A stretch of 64,000 nt of DNA from a virus: positions 10,776 to 74,775 of IMG/VR virus record IMGVR_UViG_3300027734_000055. The stretch is one strand, 5' to 3'. The position numbers were made by a program, and so were the translations under genes. Positions 1-9,714 of this stretch are shown piece after piece; positions within the stretch are counted from its first letter, which is position 1, and every line of letters starts with the position of its first letter. The notes under the pieces were generated by a model. That model did no database searches. It saw nothing but the letters and a program-made list of their open reading frames with translations, and was not told the origin of the DNA.

Positions 1-27
1 TGTTTGTTCAGGTGCAGGACTAACATA

Positions 28-945
28 ATGTCTTTATTGCAAGCACTAATCGCATCTTCTCAAACAAGAATACCACTTTCTGTTACTTTAGCTTCTAATA
101 CAGCTAATTACTCATTAGATATATCTACTATATCCGGATATATTGCTACTATTTCAGATATTACTATTACTGTAAATAGCGGAGTGTACGTATATTCAAC
201 AACTACCGCTGGCTACGGTATGAATTTAACTGGCGGCACAGCAGGCGACACACTTACTATAGTAAATAACGGATTTATTATAGGCCAAGGCGGTCAAGGT
301 GCTAGTTATCCGGCTGCAACAGGAAATGGTAACCCTGGGGGACCTGCTCTTAATATACCCATAAGTGCTACAATTAATAATACTAATGGCGGGGCTTTCA
401 TAGCTGGTGGTGGAGGTGGTGGAGCTGCTTGGATATCATCTTCAGTAGTCAATGGTGGAGGTGGAGGCGGTGCTGGTGGAGGTGCTGGCGGAGATGGCAA
501 TAATCAGGCTGGAACGACAGTAACTGGAGGTGCTGGTGGTGGACTAGGTGCATCAGGCAGTGCTGGAGCTTCAGGTACAAGTGGCCAACCTGGTGGGGGT
601 GCTGGTGGTGGTGGTGGTAGAATATTACCTGGTACAGGAGGTTCTGGTGGAACATCTTCATCTATTCTTGCTCCTGGACAAGGTGGTGGTGCAGGTGGTG
701 GTGGTGAAGGTGGTGGCGGTAATACTGGTGGTGCTGGCGGATCAGCAAATGGTGCAGGAAATCCTCCATCTAATCCTTTCTACTCATCTGCTGGCGGAGG
801 CGGCTGGGGAGCTTCTGGCGGTTCTACTAGTGGCGCTGGTACAGGCGGTTCTGGTGGAAGCGGGGGTAAAGCCGTTAACCTTAATGGTAATTCAGTAACT
901 TGGGTATCAGGTGATACTTCTAGAATATATGGCGCAGTATCATAA
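28..945 (+). CDS. Glycine-rich tail fibre/adhesin-like protein (polyglycine-II-type)
   Basis: ORF 4..945, likely start ATG 28 (MSLLQAL). Long GGGGGG/GGAGG runs, ends W..GDTSRIYGAVS, and sits just upstream of the lysis genes. Confidence 0.65.
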   Translation: MSLLQALIASSQTRIPLSVTLASNTANYSLDISTISGYIATISDITITVNSGVYVYSTTTAGYGMNLTGGTAGDTLTIVNNGFIIGQGGQGASYPAATGNGNPGGPALNIPISATINNTNGGAFIAGGGGGGAAWISSSVVNGGGGGGAGGGAGGDGNNQAGTTVTGGAGGGLGASGSAGASGTSGQPGGGAGGGGGRILPGTGGSGGTSSSILAPGQGGGAGGGGEGGGGNTGGAGGSANGAGNPPSNPFYSSAGGGGWGASGGSTSGAGTGGSGGSGGKAVNLNGNSVTWVSGDTSRIYGAVS

Positions 946-1217
946 TGAATATGGAAAAAATTACAAGCATGTTGTTCCCAGTGATAGTCTCGGCTATTGC
1001 TTGGTTACTTACTTCAATGGCGTCTATACAAGCAGACCTCATCAGCATCAAATCTAAAATGCCTAACCTTATTACAGAACAAGGTGTGCCAACTGATAGT
1101 CCTATATCTGCTGAAGCTAGAGCTAAATTAAAAGAAGAATTAAAAGTGCAGATGGGCGAACTTAATGTACGTATTAGAATTTTAGAAGAACATGATATGC
1201 AAAGAAAGGGTAAATAA
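945..1217 (+). CDS. Small membrane-anchored coiled-coil protein of the lysis module (copy 1)
   Basis: N-terminal hydrophobic segment (LFPVIVSAIAWLL) then coiled coil. Diverged copy at 63180..63452. Confidence 0.55.
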   Translation: MNMEKITSMLFPVIVSAIAWLLTSMASIQADLISIKSKMPNLITEQGVPTDSPISAEARAKLKEELKVQMGELNVRIRILEEHDMQRKGK

Positions 1218-1702
1218 TGTTTAGTATATTAAGCTCCATATTAGGTTTTGCTACTGCAGGTTTACCTAGCATATTAGGATTCTTTCAACAAAAAGGAGAT
1301 CAAGCTCATGAACGTGAAATGGCAAGATTACAAAACGAGCAAGCTATGGCTATGGCTCAACAAGGTTTTCAATCACAAGAAAAAGTAGCAGCTATTGAAT
1401 TGGAGGGTACTTATGCAGAAACATTCGCACAAGAAAGACAAGCACTTTATGAACATGATGCTAAATTGGTTCACGATGCAGCCCCATGGGTTAGAACTCT
1501 TAATGCAGCTGTCCGTCCTATTGTTGCTTTCACTTTTGTAGGACTACTTATATTTGTAGATGTAGCAGGTTTTATTTGGGCTGTACAAACTGTAGGGTTT
1601 AGTCGAGAGTCTATGGATGTTATATTTTCATCAGATGAAATGGCTATTGTGGGTTCTATTATTGGCTTCTATTTTGGAGCTAGAACTTGGGAAAAGAAAT
1701 AA
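1217..1702 (+). CDS. Putative holin (3TM-holin-like)
   Basis: Hydrophobic segments, VRPIVAF and IIGFYFGAR motifs, directly upstream of the lysozyme. Confidence 0.65.
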   Translation: MFSILSSILGFATAGLPSILGFFQQKGDQAHEREMARLQNEQAMAMAQQGFQSQEKVAAIELEGTYAETFAQERQALYEHDAKLVHDAAPWVRTLNAAVRPIVAFTFVGLLIFVDVAGFIWAVQTVGFSRESMDVIFSSDEMAIVGSIIGFYFGARTWEKK

Positions 1703-2152
1703 GTGAATGTATCAAAAGCTGGCATCGCTCTTATTAAACATCACGAAGGCGTGCGTAGTCGTCCCTATCGTTGCCCTGCAAACTTGTGGACTGTTGGTGT
1801 GGGTCACCTTATCGGGAATGGCAAATTGTTGCCTGATTCTTATAACAGAACTTTTTCGGAAGAAGAAATAGATGGGCTTCTTAAATCAGACTTACGACGC
1901 TTCGAGCTTGGAATATCTAAGATGTTACCTAACGTGCCTCTTCGACAATGTGAATTTGATTGCCTTGTATCTTTTGCCTTTAATCTTGGCTTGGGTACAT
2001 TTCAACGATCAACACTCCGTCAAGCGCTTCTTCGTGGGGATAAGAAAAAAGCTATGGAATCATTAATAAAATATTGTCGTGCAAGCGGTAAAATACTGAA
2101 AGGTCTGCAAACTCGCAGATTGGATGAGAAAGCACTCTTTGAAGGTAAATAA
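1703..2152 (+). CDS. Endolysin, GH24 phage lysozyme
   Basis: HEG...YRCPANLWTVGVGH catalytic region, FDCLVSFAFNLG and GL..RR..E..LF motifs; GTG start. Confidence 0.92.
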   Translation: MNVSKAGIALIKHHEGVRSRPYRCPANLWTVGVGHLIGNGKLLPDSYNRTFSEEEIDGLLKSDLRRFELGISKMLPNVPLRQCEFDCLVSFAFNLGLGTFQRSTLRQALLRGDKKKAMESLIKYCRASGKILKGLQTRRLDEKALFEGK

Positions 2153-4152
2153 TGGCACTAAGTAAATTAGTATTTAAACCAGGAGTTAATCGAGATCAGA
2201 CTAATTACGCCTCTGAAGGTGGATGGTATGAAACTCAGCTTGTCCGATTTAGATCAGGGTTCCCAGAAAAGTTTGGCGGTTGGACTGTATCTAACATTAC
2301 ACCCTATACAGATTCTGCCCGTTCTATATTTAGTTGGTCTACAACTGATGGATCTAACTTAATAGGTATTGGTACTAACTCAAGAGTATATGTAGGTTCA
2401 GGTACAACACTTTATGATATTACTCCTATCTATGCAACTTATACGCATTCAACAACACCTAGTACAGATAATTGTATAGGTACAACTAATGCTTCTAAAA
2501 CTGTAACTGTTACTATTACAGGACATGGTGCTACAACAGGAACTTATGTAACATTTAGTGGTATTGTAGGTACAGGATCTCCACAAAAAATTGGTGGTAT
2601 TCCAATTACTGAAATGAATACAACAGTGCAAGTGACAGTTATAGATGCTAATGTATTTACATTTGAGGCGACTACTACTGCAACATCTACAACAACAGCA
2701 CAAGGTGGTACTGCAATCACTGCGGTTGTTTATATGCCAGCAGGATATCCTATTACTACAGCAGGTTATGGTTGGGGTACTTCTACATGGGGTCGTGATA
2801 CTTGGGGTTCTGGTTCTACACTTCCTGTATTCCAGCCAGCTAGACTTATTTTTATGGATAAGTTTAATAATGATTTACTATTTAATACTCAGTACGATAC
2901 TGTATCAGGTGCAGGTGGCGATATTTATTACTGGGCTTTCGACCCGTCATTTGGTACACGAGCTGTATTATTAAGTTCTGTATCTGGTGCTGTAGCCGTA
3001 CCTCAAAAAGTAGGTAAAATTTTATTTGCCCCACAAGGTTTCTTATTTGCATTAGGGTGCACTAATTATGATCCGATAGCTTCTCCACCTGATTATTTAG
3101 GTACTTATGATCCATTACTTATTCGTTGGTCTAACGTTGATCCTGATATTGGTCCTGAGCCTGAAAATTGGCAACCTACTTTAACTAATACTTCTGGGTT
3201 CTTACGACTACAGTCAGGCTCACGAATTGTTAGTGCAATTAATACCAGACAAGAAACACTAGTATTTACTAATACATCACTTACTTCTATTCAATATTTA
3301 GGTACGGCAGAAGTATTTGGATTGCAAGAGTTATCTCATAACATATCTATCATTGGAGCTAACGCCGTTGTAGGTTCTAATAATATTACTTATTGGATGG
3401 GCCGAGATAGATTCTATACTTATTCTGGTCGTGTAGATACATTACCTTGCACATTAAGACAATATATATTTACTGATATTAACTATACACAAAGTGCGCT
3501 TATATTTGCAGGAGTTAACAATAAGTTTACAGAGATTATTTGGTTCTATCCTTCAGCTGGCTCAGATGAGATTGATCGTTATGTTGTATTTAATTATCTT
3601 GAGAACATTTGGTATTATGGCAATTTAGAAAGAACTGCATGGATTGATTCTGGCGTATTTAATAACCCTATTGGATTAGCTAGTGATATTAATGGTGATG
3701 GCTGGGTATATCAACAGGAAAATGGTACAGATGATGGTCAACCTTTAGGCGCTCCTCCACTTCCTATTACTGCGTTTATTCAGTCAGCGGATATAGATAT
3801 TAGTGACGGTGATAAATACATGTTAATTCGTCGTGTAATTCCAGATATCAACTTCAGAGGGTCTGAAACTACTAATCCAGTAACAGGTGCTACTATAGTT
3901 CCCGAAGCTGATATTACTGTAGGTGTGCGTAATTTCCCCGGTGCTGCAAATTCTACAACAAATGCTGAAGGTCAAACAACAGATGCTACCATTGTAACTG
4001 CTACTGCTACAATAGATCAATATACGAATCAAGTATTTATTAGAGCCCGTGGCCGTCAAATGAATTTTAGTATTAGTTCAGATACAGTAGGTACACAATG
4101 GCAACTAGGCCTACCTAGAGTTGATGGACGCCCAGACGGAACGAGAAACTAA
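2152..4152 (+). CDS. Tail hub/DNA stabilisation protein (P22 gp10/tail tubular B-like)
   Basis: 666 aa, beta-rich with IRWS motif; lies before ejection-type genes in P22-like order. Confidence 0.65.
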   Translation: MALSKLVFKPGVNRDQTNYASEGGWYETQLVRFRSGFPEKFGGWTVSNITPYTDSARSIFSWSTTDGSNLIGIGTNSRVYVGSGTTLYDITPIYATYTHSTTPSTDNCIGTTNASKTVTVTITGHGATTGTYVTFSGIVGTGSPQKIGGIPITEMNTTVQVTVIDANVFTFEATTTATSTTTAQGGTAITAVVYMPAGYPITTAGYGWGTSTWGRDTWGSGSTLPVFQPARLIFMDKFNNDLLFNTQYDTVSGAGGDIYYWAFDPSFGTRAVLLSSVSGAVAVPQKVGKILFAPQGFLFALGCTNYDPIASPPDYLGTYDPLLIRWSNVDPDIGPEPENWQPTLTNTSGFLRLQSGSRIVSAINTRQETLVFTNTSLTSIQYLGTAEVFGLQELSHNISIIGANAVVGSNNITYWMGRDRFYTYSGRVDTLPCTLRQYIFTDINYTQSALIFAGVNNKFTEIIWFYPSAGSDEIDRYVVFNYLENIWYYGNLERTAWIDSGVFNNPIGLASDINGDGWVYQQENGTDDGQPLGAPPLPITAFIQSADIDISDGDKYMLIRRVIPDINFRGSETTNPVTGATIVPEADITVGVRNFPGAANSTTNAEGQTTDATIVTATATIDQYTNQVFIRARGRQMNFSISSDTVGTQWQLGLPRVDGRPDGTRN

Positions 4153-4448
4153 TGGCTAACATAATAAAAACAAAAGCGCCTAACTTACCTATACCTACAA
4201 TTGCGTATAGCCAAACATATCAAGAATCATTTAGTAATGCACAACGTCTTTATTTTAATACGCTTGATGCAGCTAACGGGCAAACAATTGACGCAGTAAA
4301 TACTTTATCAACACCCAGTGCAGGGATTACAGCAGCTCGTCCAAGTACAGGTTTACAAGTAGGACAGTTTTATTTTGATACTACTATAAATAGACCCATT
4401 TGGTGGACTGGAAGTAATTGGATAAATGCTGCAGGAACCGTAGTATAA
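4152..4448 (+). CDS. Small tail protein (needle/plug-like position) with a fibre-adaptor repeat
   Basis: N-terminal PNLP...Y; C-terminal TAARP..G..YFDTT....WW.G..W motif shared with the tail-fibre proteins. Confidence 0.5.
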   Translation: MANIIKTKAPNLPIPTIAYSQTYQESFSNAQRLYFNTLDAANGQTIDAVNTLSTPSAGITAARPSTGLQVGQFYFDTTINRPIWWTGSNWINAAGTVV

Positions 4449-4495
4449 GGCTTAGAAACATGATATTATTAGCACATATTTAAGGACTTTCAATT

Positions 4496-6676
4496 ATGAC
4501 AACATCCCACACAGCTCAAGGTTTAGCTTCTCTAGGTCGTAACGGCGACTCAATGCTCGTTCATATGAGTCCTCACGAGGTTGCAGGACTTAATTATCTT
4601 GCAAAAAAACAAGGCACTAAACTTACTGTTAACCCAGATACAGGCCTTCCAGAAGCGTTTAGTCTAGGCGGGTTCTTTAGTTCATTATTACCTACTTTAG
4701 TAGGTGGCGCTTTTGGATTTGGTGCAGCCCCTTTATGGGCAGGTATAGCAGCGGGAGCGGCAACAGGAGCTGTAACTAATAAAAAGAACCCATTGATGGG
4801 GGCTTTAATGGGGGGACTAGGCGGTTATGGAGGTATGGGTATCGGTGACGCCCTATCTAAAACTATGGCTATTACTAGCCCTGCTTCAATAGCTTCTCCT
4901 GCAGCACAATCAGCTGTATCGGGTATAGGACCAGGTGCAATAGGCACTACAGGAGAAATAGGTGGTGCTAATTTAATTGGTAGTGGTATTGCTGGGGGTA
5001 CAGCAGGAACTAATGCTGCTGCGTCAAATATTTTTGGGGCGATGAAGAATTCAGGTGTTAATATAGCTGATCCTATAGCACAAGACGCTGCTAAAAATGC
5101 GCTACAATCAATTCCTAAAACATCAAACTTTTCTGGTATAAATATGGATCCTACTTCTAAGTTCTTGGAGCCAACAGTATTCGACCAAGGTTATGGCGCT
5201 TCTATAGCCCAGCCTAGTGGTACTGCGGGCGGATCTACATTAATAGGTGAAGCTAGAAATTTAGGTAATAGTGCATTATCAAACCAAAGCCCTCTTATTG
5301 CAGGAGCGATGTCAAGTTCACCTACTCCAGGATTTGGAGAAACATTCATAGATCAATTAGGTGGTAATAGTGCTGCCATGAAAAAATTAGGTCTTCCATT
5401 AGGTGGGGCTGTATTAGGCGGACTAGAACCTTCTGATATTTATGGTAATCCTATTAAGCCAAAAGAAGATAAATACGATCCATACGCTACATTAAATTTA
5501 AGTAATGATACAGGTCTTCGGTTAGTTGCTAAAGGTGGCTATATTGATGGATATGCAGTAGGTGGAGTAGTATCTAATCCTTCAGTAGGTGGAGGTATTT
5601 CCGATTTATATAACAGACCTGAAGGTCAAGCCACTGAAACAATTTCAGAAGACGGTTATGGTATTGGTAGATTAAATACTTTAGCTGGGCAAGAGGCATT
5701 AAATAATGCTAAGACTTTAGGCTATGCAATGGGCGGTCCGGTAAGTTTTGCTGATGGTGGTGACGCTATGAAATTACAAGATGAAATTACACCTATTGAT
5801 CAAAGTATGGGATTAGGTAATCTAAGTGCTACTGTGCCTCCTCCTGCAGGACAAGCAATGCAAGCTAACCAAGTTCAAAATACAGCGTCAGCGTTATCAG
5901 ATACAGCAAGTTCAGAAGGTAGTATTGTTGCCCAAGTAGCAAACAATTTAAGAAACGATCCTAACTACCAACCAAAGAATCCTATTGAAGCTGCTATCGT
6001 AAAACAAATGAAAGGTACTGAGCCTACAGACCAAGGAAAACAAGCACAAGGTTTGGGTTCGATTGCGCCTAGCCAACCTATGGCACCAAGTTATAATCCG
6101 TCAGTTGCTATGGGCCCAACATATTATGCTGGCATGAATGCACCTCGTGGATTTGCTGATGGTGGCGATGTAGCTAGTGGCGATTTATCTGCAGAAAGCG
6201 CGGCTGACTTAGTAGCATTCCAAATGGCTCAAGCTAATAATCCTTCAGGTTTATATGGCGCTAATAGTCAAGGTTATGGTATTACTGCACCAACAAGAAA
6301 TCCTACTGTTCCTTCATATAGTGTTTCTCCAGAAATGCAAAGATCCATGGCGATGAGAGATTTAGAGAGACAAAGATTAGAAGCTCTTGTTGCACCCTCA
6401 TATAGACCAAGAGGTTATGCGCATGGCGGTTACTTAGATGGCGCTGGTGATGGTATGTCTGACTCAATACCTGCTACAATAGAAGGTAAACAGCCAGCAC
6501 GTTTAGCAGACGGTGAATTCGTAGTACCAGCAGATGTTGTAAGTCATTTAGGTAATGGTTCATCTAAGGCAGGGTCAAAGAGACTTTATGCTATGTTAGA
6601 CAAAGTAAGAAAAGCTAGAACAGGTCATACTAAACAAGGTAAAGAAATTAATCCTAGTAAATACATGCCTGCATGA
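4496..6676 (+). CDS. Putative internal virion/ejection protein with repeated xxGG motifs
   Basis: 726 aa, Gly/Ala-rich. N-terminal GRNGDSMLVHMSPHEV...NPDTGLPEAF, C-terminal GDGMSDSIPA...LADGEFVVPADVV, several (F/Y)AxGG motifs. Confidence 0.6.
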   Translation: MTTSHTAQGLASLGRNGDSMLVHMSPHEVAGLNYLAKKQGTKLTVNPDTGLPEAFSLGGFFSSLLPTLVGGAFGFGAAPLWAGIAAGAATGAVTNKKNPLMGALMGGLGGYGGMGIGDALSKTMAITSPASIASPAAQSAVSGIGPGAIGTTGEIGGANLIGSGIAGGTAGTNAAASNIFGAMKNSGVNIADPIAQDAAKNALQSIPKTSNFSGINMDPTSKFLEPTVFDQGYGASIAQPSGTAGGSTLIGEARNLGNSALSNQSPLIAGAMSSSPTPGFGETFIDQLGGNSAAMKKLGLPLGGAVLGGLEPSDIYGNPIKPKEDKYDPYATLNLSNDTGLRLVAKGGYIDGYAVGGVVSNPSVGGGISDLYNRPEGQATETISEDGYGIGRLNTLAGQEALNNAKTLGYAMGGPVSFADGGDAMKLQDEITPIDQSMGLGNLSATVPPPAGQAMQANQVQNTASALSDTASSEGSIVAQVANNLRNDPNYQPKNPIEAAIVKQMKGTEPTDQGKQAQGLGSIAPSQPMAPSYNPSVAMGPTYYAGMNAPRGFADGGDVASGDLSAESAADLVAFQMAQANNPSGLYGANSQGYGITAPTRNPTVPSYSVSPEMQRSMAMRDLERQRLEALVAPSYRPRGYAHGGYLDGAGDGMSDSIPATIEGKQPARLADGEFVVPADVVSHLGNGSSKAGSKRLYAMLDKVRKARTGHTKQGKEINPSKYMPA

Positions 6677-7086
6677 ACATCGTACAAATCGTAGCGCCCA
6701 ATAACATATATAATGTTTGGGAAGATGTAAAAGAATATTTAAATGCTTCTATTAATGTAAGCGGCGGGGATTTTACTTTAGACCAATTAAAATTAATATT
6801 GGCTAGAGGTGAACAAACATTATTAGTATCTGTTGATGAAAAAGGCATACTTAATGGCGCGATGACTGTAGAGTTTTCTAATCGTCCTAATAACCGAGTG
6901 ATGTTTATTACAGCATTAGGTGGAAATGGTATAGTAAATAAAGACACATTCGACCAAGTAGAATCATGGGCTAGAATGCAAGGTGCAACAAAAGTAAGTG
7001 CATGGGCACAAGAAGCGCAAGCAAGGTTGTACAAAATCAAATCAAATTTTAATACTGTAAGATACGTTGTGGAGAAAGATTTATGA
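6673..7086 (+). CDS. GNAT-fold-like virion-module protein (P22 gp14-like position)
   Basis: 137 aa with ITALGG...WARMQGATKV pattern typical of these phage acetyltransferase-like proteins; supported by synteny. Confidence 0.5.
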   Translation: MNIVQIVAPNNIYNVWEDVKEYLNASINVSGGDFTLDQLKLILARGEQTLLVSVDEKGILNGAMTVEFSNRPNNRVMFITALGGNGIVNKDTFDQVESWARMQGATKVSAWAQEAQARLYKIKSNFNTVRYVVEKDL

Positions 7087-8186
7087 AATTATTTAATTTG
7101 TTTAACTGGGTTACTAATCTAGTAGAAGCATTTACATTTTATGGCGGTGGTGACTCTGGTGGTGGAGGCTCTCAAACTTCTACTTCTTATTCTACTAACT
7201 TACCTGAATATGCAAAGCCCTACTATGAAGAGCTTTTAAAACAAACAGGTAAAAATGTTTATACGACTGATGCCTCAGGTACTGTTACAGGCGTTAAAGG
7301 TATGCCTACTTATACTGGGGAAAGAATTGCAGGATTTACTCCAGAACAATTAAAAGTTCAATCTGATGTAGCAGGTATGACGAGACCTGGTGGTTTTGGT
7401 GCAGCTACTACAGGACTTGGTGTAGGACAAACTATGGGTTTCGGTGCTGCGGGTACTGGACTTTCTCAAGCATTTGGTTATACACCCACAACAACTTATG
7501 GGGGTACATTTACACCAGGCGCAGCTGCTGCTTATATGTCGCCTTATGCTTCTAATGTAACTGACATTGCTGTAGCCGAAGCGCGTAAACAAGCAGATTT
7601 AGATAGGTCTGCAGGTGCACTAGGTGCTATTGGTCGAGGTACATTTGGTGGCGCACGTCAAGCTTTATTACAAGCTGAACAAGGTAAAGGTGCTGCACAA
7701 AATATTGCTAATATTAGAGCTCGTGGTCAACAAGAAGCATATACAAATGCTCAACAACAATTCCAAGCTGACCAAGCTAGACGCTTACAAGCTGAACAAC
7801 TTAATCAACAAGCACAACAATATCAAGCAGGACTTGGTAAAGACATCGGTCTTGCGGGTCTTACAACTGGTATTGAAGCTTCTGGTAAACAAGCAGCAGC
7901 AGCCGCAGCACAACAAACTGCTGATCTAGAAAGATTAAAAGCACAAGCAGCTACGGGTGCTGAACAACAAGCTTACCAACAAAAAATTGACGATATTAAA
8001 TATCAACAGTTCCAAGAACAAAATAATTACCAAAAACAACAACTTGAATATCTCAGTAATATTCTTCGTGGTAATGCAGCGGCTCTTGGGTCAACTCAAG
8101 TTCAATATACACCACCACCTTCTACTGTATCTCAAATTGGTGGTTTAGGTTTAGCTGGACTTGGTTTAATGAAAGCTTTAGGTTAA
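7083..8186 (+). CDS. DNA ejection (pilot) protein, P22 gp7-like position
   Basis: Short leader then GGGDSGGGG, Gln/Ala-rich coiled coil with GTFGGARQAL, and a hydrophobic Gly-rich C-terminus. Confidence 0.6.
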   Translation: MKLFNLFNWVTNLVEAFTFYGGGDSGGGGSQTSTSYSTNLPEYAKPYYEELLKQTGKNVYTTDASGTVTGVKGMPTYTGERIAGFTPEQLKVQSDVAGMTRPGGFGAATTGLGVGQTMGFGAAGTGLSQAFGYTPTTTYGGTFTPGAAAAYMSPYASNVTDIAVAEARKQADLDRSAGALGAIGRGTFGGARQALLQAEQGKGAAQNIANIRARGQQEAYTNAQQQFQADQARRLQAEQLNQQAQQYQAGLGKDIGLAGLTTGIEASGKQAAAAAAQQTADLERLKAQAATGAEQQAYQQKIDDIKYQQFQEQNNYQKQQLEYLSNILRGNAAALGSTQVQYTPPPSTVSQIGGLGLAGLGLMKALG

Positions 8187-8195
8187 GGATAAACT

Positions 8196-9713
8196 ATGAA
8201 CATTATTAAATTACAAAATGAATTAAAAGGTGTGCCTGATGACGCACTTATTGGTTATGTTCAAAATCCTACAGGCACTGTACCTAGTTATTTAGCATTA
8301 TCAGAATTACAACGCAGAAAAGAAATGCGTGAAAAATATCAAGCCGCTCAACCAGAAAAGACAACTGTAGCTGAAGATTTAGCAGCACCACAACCACAAG
8401 GTATTGCGGCAATCCAACAACCTGCACAAGCTCCTGTAGCAGAACCAGGTGTAGCAGGTCTTCCTGTACCTGATCAAATGTTCAGTGGCCAAGGTATGGC
8501 AGCTGGTGGTATCGTAGCGTTTGATGATGGTGGCTATGTTAATCCTGGTTTAGTAGGAGGCCCTGTACAAGAATCATTACCTTGGTATTCAGGTATTAAT
8601 GATTTTTTAAATAGAAATTTTGATTGGTCAGCTACAAATAGAGCAGCAAGAGAAAAAGGTATTGGAAATGAAGTAACTAATCCGTTTATTTCTGGTATGC
8701 CTAGAACTGATATTGCAGATGAATACTTAATGCTTCGTCAAAAAGTTAATACAGGTAAAGGTACTTATCAAGATATTGATCGTATGAAACAAATTGAAGG
8801 TCAAGGTACTCCTGCAGCACAAGTTCCTACTGGTGGCGGTTATATACCTGGTCAAAAAACTCAAGCTGATATTCAATCTGATATTGATAAACAAAGGCAA
8901 TTAGCTAAAGATAAAGAAGCTGCTATTAAAAATGTATATGCACCTAAAGGTGGTGCAGCAAAAGAAAGTATTAAGAGCCTAGCTGATTATGCTAAAGAAT
9001 TTAGAGATGTTGTAGGCGAAGATCCTATGCAAAAAGCTTTAATGAAAAGAATGGAATCTATGGATACAGCTGCAGCTAAACAAGCAGAACAAGCACCATG
9101 GATGGCATTAGCACAAGCTGGCTTCTCTATGGCCGGTGGTAAGTCTCCATATGCATTACAAAATATTGCAGCCGGTGCATTAGAAGGCGTTAAAACTTAT
9201 GGTGACGCTAAAGATAAAATGGCTGCATTAGAAGATAAACGATTCAGTCTTATGGCTGATATGGCTAAATCTCAACGCGCTGAACAACTTGCTATTGCAT
9301 CTAAAGGTGCTGATAGTCGTGATGCTGCGTTAGCTCGCGAACAACAAGATAGACTTAATAAAGAGAAGATGGCTAATGATATGCAAATCCATTTACTCGA
9401 CAATACGTTTGACTTACGTGGTAAAGAAATTGCTGCGGCTCAAAAAGATCAACCTGATGCTACAGCAAGAGCTACTAAGATTTGGCCTTTAGTTCCTGAA
9501 CAACAAGAATACAAAGATAAAATGAAGCAACTTATTAATACATTAGGTGATGAAGCTCCAACACCAGGTACTAGAAATCATAATAAATATCTTGAAGGTA
9601 GAAGAGCTATTGAAAACGAAGTCTATAATAATTTAATTAGAAAACCTGGTATGGGCACAACTGGCGCACGATATACATTTGATGCGACTAGTGGAAAGAT
9701 AATGCCACTCTAA
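8196..9713 (+). CDS. Putative DNA ejection protein (gp20-like position)
   Basis: 505 aa, helical and Ala-rich, contains MAAGG/FDDGG motifs; supported by synteny. Confidence 0.55.
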   Translation: MNIIKLQNELKGVPDDALIGYVQNPTGTVPSYLALSELQRRKEMREKYQAAQPEKTTVAEDLAAPQPQGIAAIQQPAQAPVAEPGVAGLPVPDQMFSGQGMAAGGIVAFDDGGYVNPGLVGGPVQESLPWYSGINDFLNRNFDWSATNRAAREKGIGNEVTNPFISGMPRTDIADEYLMLRQKVNTGKGTYQDIDRMKQIEGQGTPAAQVPTGGGYIPGQKTQADIQSDIDKQRQLAKDKEAAIKNVYAPKGGAAKESIKSLADYAKEFRDVVGEDPMQKALMKRMESMDTAAAKQAEQAPWMALAQAGFSMAGGKSPYALQNIAAGALEGVKTYGDAKDKMAALEDKRFSLMADMAKSQRAEQLAIASKGADSRDAALAREQQDRLNKEKMANDMQIHLLDNTFDLRGKEIAAAQKDQPDATARATKIWPLVPEQQEYKDKMKQLINTLGDEAPTPGTRNHNKYLEGRRAIENEVYNNLIRKPGMGTTGARYTFDATSGKIMPL

Positions 9714-9714
9714 A

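Noticed and set aside
306-898. Pro-rich, His-rich and Val-rich alternative-frame ORFs over Gly-rich genes (also at 58484-62703)
   Set aside because: They are by-products of GGT/GGC repeats read in other frames or on the other strand, with no independent translation signals.
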